Positions 50,440-56,007 of a DNA stretch of 56,007 nucleotides are shown piece by piece (the stretch's first letter is position 1; the number at the start of each line of letters is the position of its first letter). The stretch comes from Intoshia linei. Taxonomy: Eukaryota > Animalia > Orthonectida. The notes under the pieces are model-generated. The model searched no databases and was not told the origin of the DNA. It saw only the letters and a list, made by a program, of their open reading frames with translations. The stretch lies in contig LWCA01000093.1 of NCBI GenBank assembly GCA_001642005.1, forward strand, positions 1 to 56,007. Reading direction: 5' to 3'. The position numbers and the translations under genes are program-made.

Positions 50440-50766
50440 TAGGAAAACTCAAAATTGTTGATGGCATAATTTATTATGTCAATCAAGGAAAATTAATATT
50501 GTTAGTTCCTAGAAATCATGTAAATTCAATAATATCATATTATCATTAATCGTTGGCCTTAGTACATTTTGAATATATAAAACTTTTCATATTATTAGGA
50601 AAAAATTTTATTGACCTTACATATCTAGCATTTCAAAGATAATATTACAAAATGCGATTTGTGTAATAAAAATAAGCACAGAAATCACAATCGTCATTCC
50701 TTATTAAAAACCGCCAAAACCAATAATTTTAATAAATTGCGGCAAATATATATTTTAGGCCATTAC
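50440..50766 (+). pseudogene. gypsy integrase zinc-finger (H2C2) remnant
   Basis: KIVDGIIYY..LLVPRNHVNSIISYYH*SLALVHF..KTFHIIRKKFY*PY..ITKCDLCNKNK..QIYILG, with stops and frameshifts. Confidence 0.75.
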
Positions 50767-51184
50767 TGTTCAAAAATCTCATTCATTTAATAATCATAAC
50801 TATGTTCCAAATTTGTCTATTAAAAATAAACAACAACCTATATTTAAAAAACCTCAATCTACAAGAAAACACCTCAAAACAAAAAAAAATCAAAATTATC
50901 AATTATGCTAACGACGGAGGTGTAATAATCTATGACAACATATCTCTATCGTTAATCATTGAAGTTATTCACATCTATTTATTGATATTTTGTTAATATT
51001 AAAGCTCTAATCTAAATATCTTCAGTACCAACATAACAGTTACTAAATTATGAACGTGTTATTTGTTTACTCATCATTTTTTGAAGTTTAACATAAAATG
51101 CCAAAAAGAATAGTGACATTAAATAGCCAAAGGACAAAAGGATGAAGCTGAGACGTTTTAATGAGTCTCAAGAAAAGCATGATA

Positions 51185-51898
51185 TAAAATATTATAAATA
51201 AAGTAAGAACAGTCCAATTATATAAATTGCCATAAATAGCATAAATTTTAGAAAAATAAAATTGTAAAAACCCATTTTGTCATTTTCAATGTGATGATAT
51301 ATAATCAGTACCAATTTAATAAATACTAAAAAACACCAATTATGTATTAATAATTAACGAAATATTCACTGTATAAACAATTTCAGGCGAATTTTACCAA
51401 TATTGCAAATGATAGTAATAAATATAAAAATGATAATAACAAAGTTGTATTACTTTTAGTAGTCGTTGTTGTAATTTTAATTTAAATTTTATAAAAAATG
51501 TTTAAAAATCAAAATATAAAATTTATAAATTTTCACCCTTCACCTTAAATTCTAAGGTTGTTTTCATTAATAAAAATAGTGTAATGTGGGGTTTTGGTAT
51601 TAAAGACATATTTTTTTTAAATTTAAATTTGCGATAATATTTATGATTTTAAAATTTGTATCAGAGTATTTATTTTTTTAATTCTATAACTCGTTTGATT
51701 TTCAAAAAAAAAACAATTCGGAATTTTAATCCTTATGATGTGAGTTTAGGAGATTGAAATTTATTTTGCTAACAACCCTGGAAAAACCTGTGATTGAAAT
51801 GTGAACTTTATAATTTTTTAAGACTGATAGTTATTTCAATAAAGTAGAACACACACACACACAAACAAATATTGCGTAACATATTATATAAGTAAGGA
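51185..51898 (-). mobile_element. Non-autonomous Helitron with intact 5' end, internally deleted
   Basis: Ends (ca)n-caaacaaatattgcgtaacatattatataagtaagga|t, the reverse of the A|TCCTTAC start. Confidence 0.82.
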
Positions 51899-52321
51899 TT
51901 ATTAACTTTGTCTTAGTATGTAATCTATTAGATAAGAAAGCACTATTCAAAATTTAGATTTGTTTAACTATATATCTCTGTTTCCATATATTTAATAATA
52001 TATTGATTGTTGGGGTACCTATCAATTCAATAACTAATTGTTTCAATCAGTATATTTAAATTTTGAAATACATTCAACCATTACGAGACAATAGTATATT
52101 AGACAATATTAAAAAATATTTAAGATACAAATTCTAATATTAATTTACACACTACGTTATATTTTTTGTATGTCATCAATTTAATAATTTTAAATATAAA
52201 TATAATATGTACTTGCTATAGATAAAACAATTAAACATACAGTTGTTTTAAATATTGAATTATAAAACCATATACTCAAACTTTCATAATTTATACATAG
52301 TACATTACAGACAACCTAGTA

Positions 52322-52719
52322 TAATATATTCTTCTGAAAATGATCATATTCCTAGGCGGATGTATTTACGAAAACTTGGAAAATCTTTATGCCATAATCA
52401 TGTAATACTTAGATCTTAATCTCTAAATAATATAATTGGTATTTTATAATAATTATTAAAAATTAATCTGATTTTTAGAATTGTTGCCTGTTCAAAAAAG
52501 CGATGATGTTAGTCATGTAATTACAATGCTAAAAGAACATTTTAAGTATGCGTTTCATGTAGTCCGCATATTTGCAAAGATTATGCAAATATTATTTGTA
52601 AAAAATGTTTTGAAAACCACGCCTATTAAAATAATGAAATCGTATAAACAAAATATTTTATTGCTTCGTATCACATTTTTCATTCATATAAAGCAACCAT
52701 TTTTTGGCGTCTGCAAGCG
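52322..52719 (+). mobile_element. piggyBac transposon 3' remnant
   Basis: IPRRMYLRKLGKSLCHNHVILR, then KKR*C*SCNYNAKRTF*VCVSCSPHICKDYANIICKKCF (piggyBac C-terminal cysteine-rich domain spacing); ends gcaagcg|TTAA (52720-52723). Confidence 0.7.
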
Positions 52720-52759
52720 TTAACGTTATAAATATTTATTAAAAAATTATAAAAATAAT

Positions 52760-53640
52760 AATTTAATCAATACTAAAAAATACTAATTATGTATTAATAA
52801 TTAACGGAATCTTTACTTTATAAACATATTTGAAGCCAATTTTACAAATATTACAAAAAATTGTATTAAATTTAATTATGATAAAAACAAAGTTGTATTA
52901 CTTTTAGTTTTGTTGTATTAGTTTAAATTTGAAACAAAATGTTTTGAAAATAAAAATTTGAAATTCAAAAATTGCGTAGCAATGAAAAAAATTTTAAAGG
53001 AAAGAATTATATAGATTTTCACCCTTATTTCTTTATTTTTTTTTTTGAAATTGTCGGATCAATGTTTACATTTTCAATTTTTATTTTAATCGAAATATTT
53101 TTTTAAAAAATATTGGTTGATAATATATTAAAAATTATTTATCACCGGGAATGCGTAGATTTCTGGTATTCAAATTTTGTAATTATATCCACTGAAATAA
53201 GCTCTATCAGACTAATCTTTTTTTTTGGACAGCTAATTATTTCACATTTGTTGTTTTAATATTAAGTTAGTTATAGTTTTATATATATTTTTAATATTAA
53301 TATTAGTTGTTTGTTTAATTTCTAGAACTGTTTTCATTAAAAAAAGAAGGGTAATTTGTGGTTTTTGCCCTGAAGATGAATTTTTTTAAATTTAAATTTA
53401 TGATAATGTTTATGATTTTAAAATTCCTATCAGAGTAAAGATTTTTTGATTTTCTAAAAAAGGGAAAATTGGGATTTTTGACCAGCATATGGGAGTTTGA
53501 AAGGTTTAAATTTATCTTATTATCACCGGAAAAACTGTATGTGAAATAATGACTTTATAAAATTCTAAGACAGGTAGTTCATGAAATAAAGTGGAACACA
53601 CACACACAAACGAATATTGCGTTTTTTATATAAGTAAGGA
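52760..53640 (-). mobile_element. Non-autonomous Helitron with intact 5' end
   Basis: Family body ending cacacacaaacgaatattgcg..tatataagtaagga|t. Confidence 0.82.
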
Positions 53641-54754
53641 TTTAAAAATAGTTTATTATTAAAATAAATCGCCACCGTTTAGAATCCCTGTTTTACATAA
53701 TACTATATGACTAATTAATAATTCAGGTTGAGTATGACCACTATAAAACGATTTACTGGCTATGTTGGATAAAAAATAAGTTGTAATAATTTAAAAGCTA
53801 GATAATAAAGAATTTATATTATAGGGGATCGGCAATCATTTGCATCTCGTAGGCCACTTGAGATTAAATTATGATATGGGTCACATTTATGAAAATTTCG
53901 TATCTTTATTTGCAATGTTATTTTTTTCATTCCAATTTTAAACGCAGAGAACGATTTTACATAAACGATAAATAGAGGGCGTTCTGAAAATTCAGTATTC
54001 AAATATATAATTAGCCGGATATAGTTGAAAATGTTGATTATATGAGTATATCTAAGATATATTTATATTAGGGTGGTTCACTATATCATCAAATAAAAAC
54101 TATCTTTAAGTATAAGCCCCATTTCATTTAGAAATCAGTTGTAGCATATTTTTTTTTTAAATTTTGAACATTTTGCCCTGCCCCACTTTCATATTTTTTA
54201 CATAATATTTTAAAAATAAAGATACATTGATATTAATATTATCTTATATCATTCGTATAAAAGTTAGTCATGTAAATAGTGTGACCAGAAAAAAGTAGTA
54301 TTATAATTTTAGTTTATTTCAAGTTAAATTTAAAGTTATAATGCAAAAAAATATTTTTAGCTTAGCCTCCAAAATAGACTAAAATTAAGATTACTAATTT
54401 TTTCTGTTCACATTAATTTAAATGAATCTAAAAATTAATAAAAATAAATGTTTGTTGACACACTTTTGACAGTGACTGTATGTTTTAGTGCATTTCTAGA
54501 AATATTCAGTGTCATATCGTCTGATAAAAATGCAAATCATGTCTATCGGTTTAATACAATATATAATTAAACTTGGCTTCCAATTGCAGGGTTGATTAAA
54601 AAATTATTTATTTGAAAACACACCAGCATATAAATTAAATTAAAATTAACATACATTTAATTTGGTTGCCATCACAGCTGTATATTATATAGTTCTTTAA
54701 ATTTTACCAACTATTAGTTATGTGAAATAATTTATCCCTAAGAAATATAAATAA

Positions 54755-55620
54755 CTAAGTTGACTGTTATGTACTACGTACAAACAGGAACTAGCGCTTC
54801 CGAGGGGACATTTTTATTATACTTAAAAAATAAATTCACATTGAAAATTAACTTAAAAATTTTACTATTCACTATTATCAATCATTTAAAACAGTGCTTC
54901 GCAAACTTGTTTCAGGCGGAATCGTCATATCACATACTTTTTACTTTAAAGTGAATTATTTTATCTTAGTTTTTTTAACATTTGCGTAAAGAATTTAAAA
55001 AAAAATTGTTAGTCTTTTTAATTTATTAGACAGCACTTACTTATATAATATGCTACGCAATTTTTGTTTGTGTGTGTGAGTTCCACTTTATTGAAATAAC
55101 TACCGGTCTTATAATTATATAAAGTCCACATTTCAATTACAATTTTTTCCGGGACATATAAGATAAATTTCAACCTCCCAAACTCACATTTTACGGGTCA
55201 AAAACCCCAATTGTCCCTCTTTTTGAAAATCAAACGAGTTGAAGAATTAAAAAAAATATATTAGCTGATACGGATTTTAAAATCATCAACATTATACATT
55301 TAAATTTAAAACAATTATATCTTCAGGGCCAAAACCCCAAATTACCTTTATTTTTTTAATGAAAACAGCCCTAGAATTCAAAAAAATTTACAGGTAGTAC
55401 AGTTATATCATGTTAACACACACAAAAAATTTCAATCCGAATAAGCTACGACTTCACATCAAAAAAACATTTTAGTATTCATATATTTTTTTATATAAAT
55501 ATTTTATTAAAACAAAAAATGTGAAATAATTAACAGTCCGAAAATTAAAAAAAAAATTATTATGATAGAGCTTATTCCAGTTGATATAAATACAAAAGTT
55601 TAACTCGAAAAATCTACTTA
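54755..55620. mobile_element. Composite Helitron (reverse 3' part 54755-55033, forward 5' part ~55035-55620)
   Basis: Same two-part layout and junction (tagacag..cttacttatataatatgc) as 33446-34349. Confidence 0.85.
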
Positions 55621-56007
55621 ACTTAATTTTCTTAAATTTTAATTGATTTATCATAAATAGGATAGTTAGTATAATTATTTTCAATTGTTACTCTTTGAAT
55701 AAAAAATTTTTTAGTTCAAAAAGTTAAAATATTTTTCCATTAGGTACAAAAAGTCAGATTTGTAGATCCGAATTCCAAAATTTATATGTCCAAAAAAAAT
55801 TTGCTTTAATAATCAGTCATGTTTCGTAAGTGTGCAATCAAAATATACTATTTTTGTTTATTATTTTATTATTGCAGTCGATTTTGTAGCAGTGAAATAT
55901 ATGAACTAAAAGTCATAATAGATATATGACAGTCAAATATGATTATTGAAATTGTGTGATATAATTAATGAGAGTCAGCAAAAAATAATTCTTATTCAAT
56001 TTTACTG

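Noticed and set aside
52481-52723. 80-aa ORF as a host exon
   Set aside because: Another frame explains the region as a piggyBac relic.
53814-54002. 62-aa minus ORF or possible exon of a neighbouring gene
   Set aside because: Slightly higher GC, but no recognisable domain and no partner exons; unsupported.

Overview
Very AT-rich eukaryotic (probably metazoan) genomic DNA. The window is dominated by one + strand gene (4849-46744) that I assembled by hand into 23 GT-AG exons with continuous reading phase (16,449 nt CDS, about 5,480 aa). It encodes a giant, highly divergent axonemal-type dynein heavy chain with tail, linker, six AAA modules, stalk and microtubule-binding domain. The main ATPase site (AAA1) looks dead: Walker A is gone, Walker B DE reads NN, sensor II is lost, and the AAA2 arginine finger reads K. 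The AAA2 and AAA3 P-loops and the MTBD are kept, which suggests a non-motor, structural or regulatory pseudo-dynein. Introns are either tiny (35-49 nt) or enlarged by transposons. Transposons seen: a high-copy non-autonomous Helitron family (including self-nested and fold-back copies), a hATm element with long TIRs and an 8-bp TSD, pogo/Tigger elements, and Kolobok-like TTAA MITEs. Intron 7 holds a four-level nest with a tRNA-like insert at its core. The flanks contain decayed Ty3/gypsy LTR-retrotransposon and piggyBac remnants. All domain calls come from motif recognition by eye; no database searches were run.
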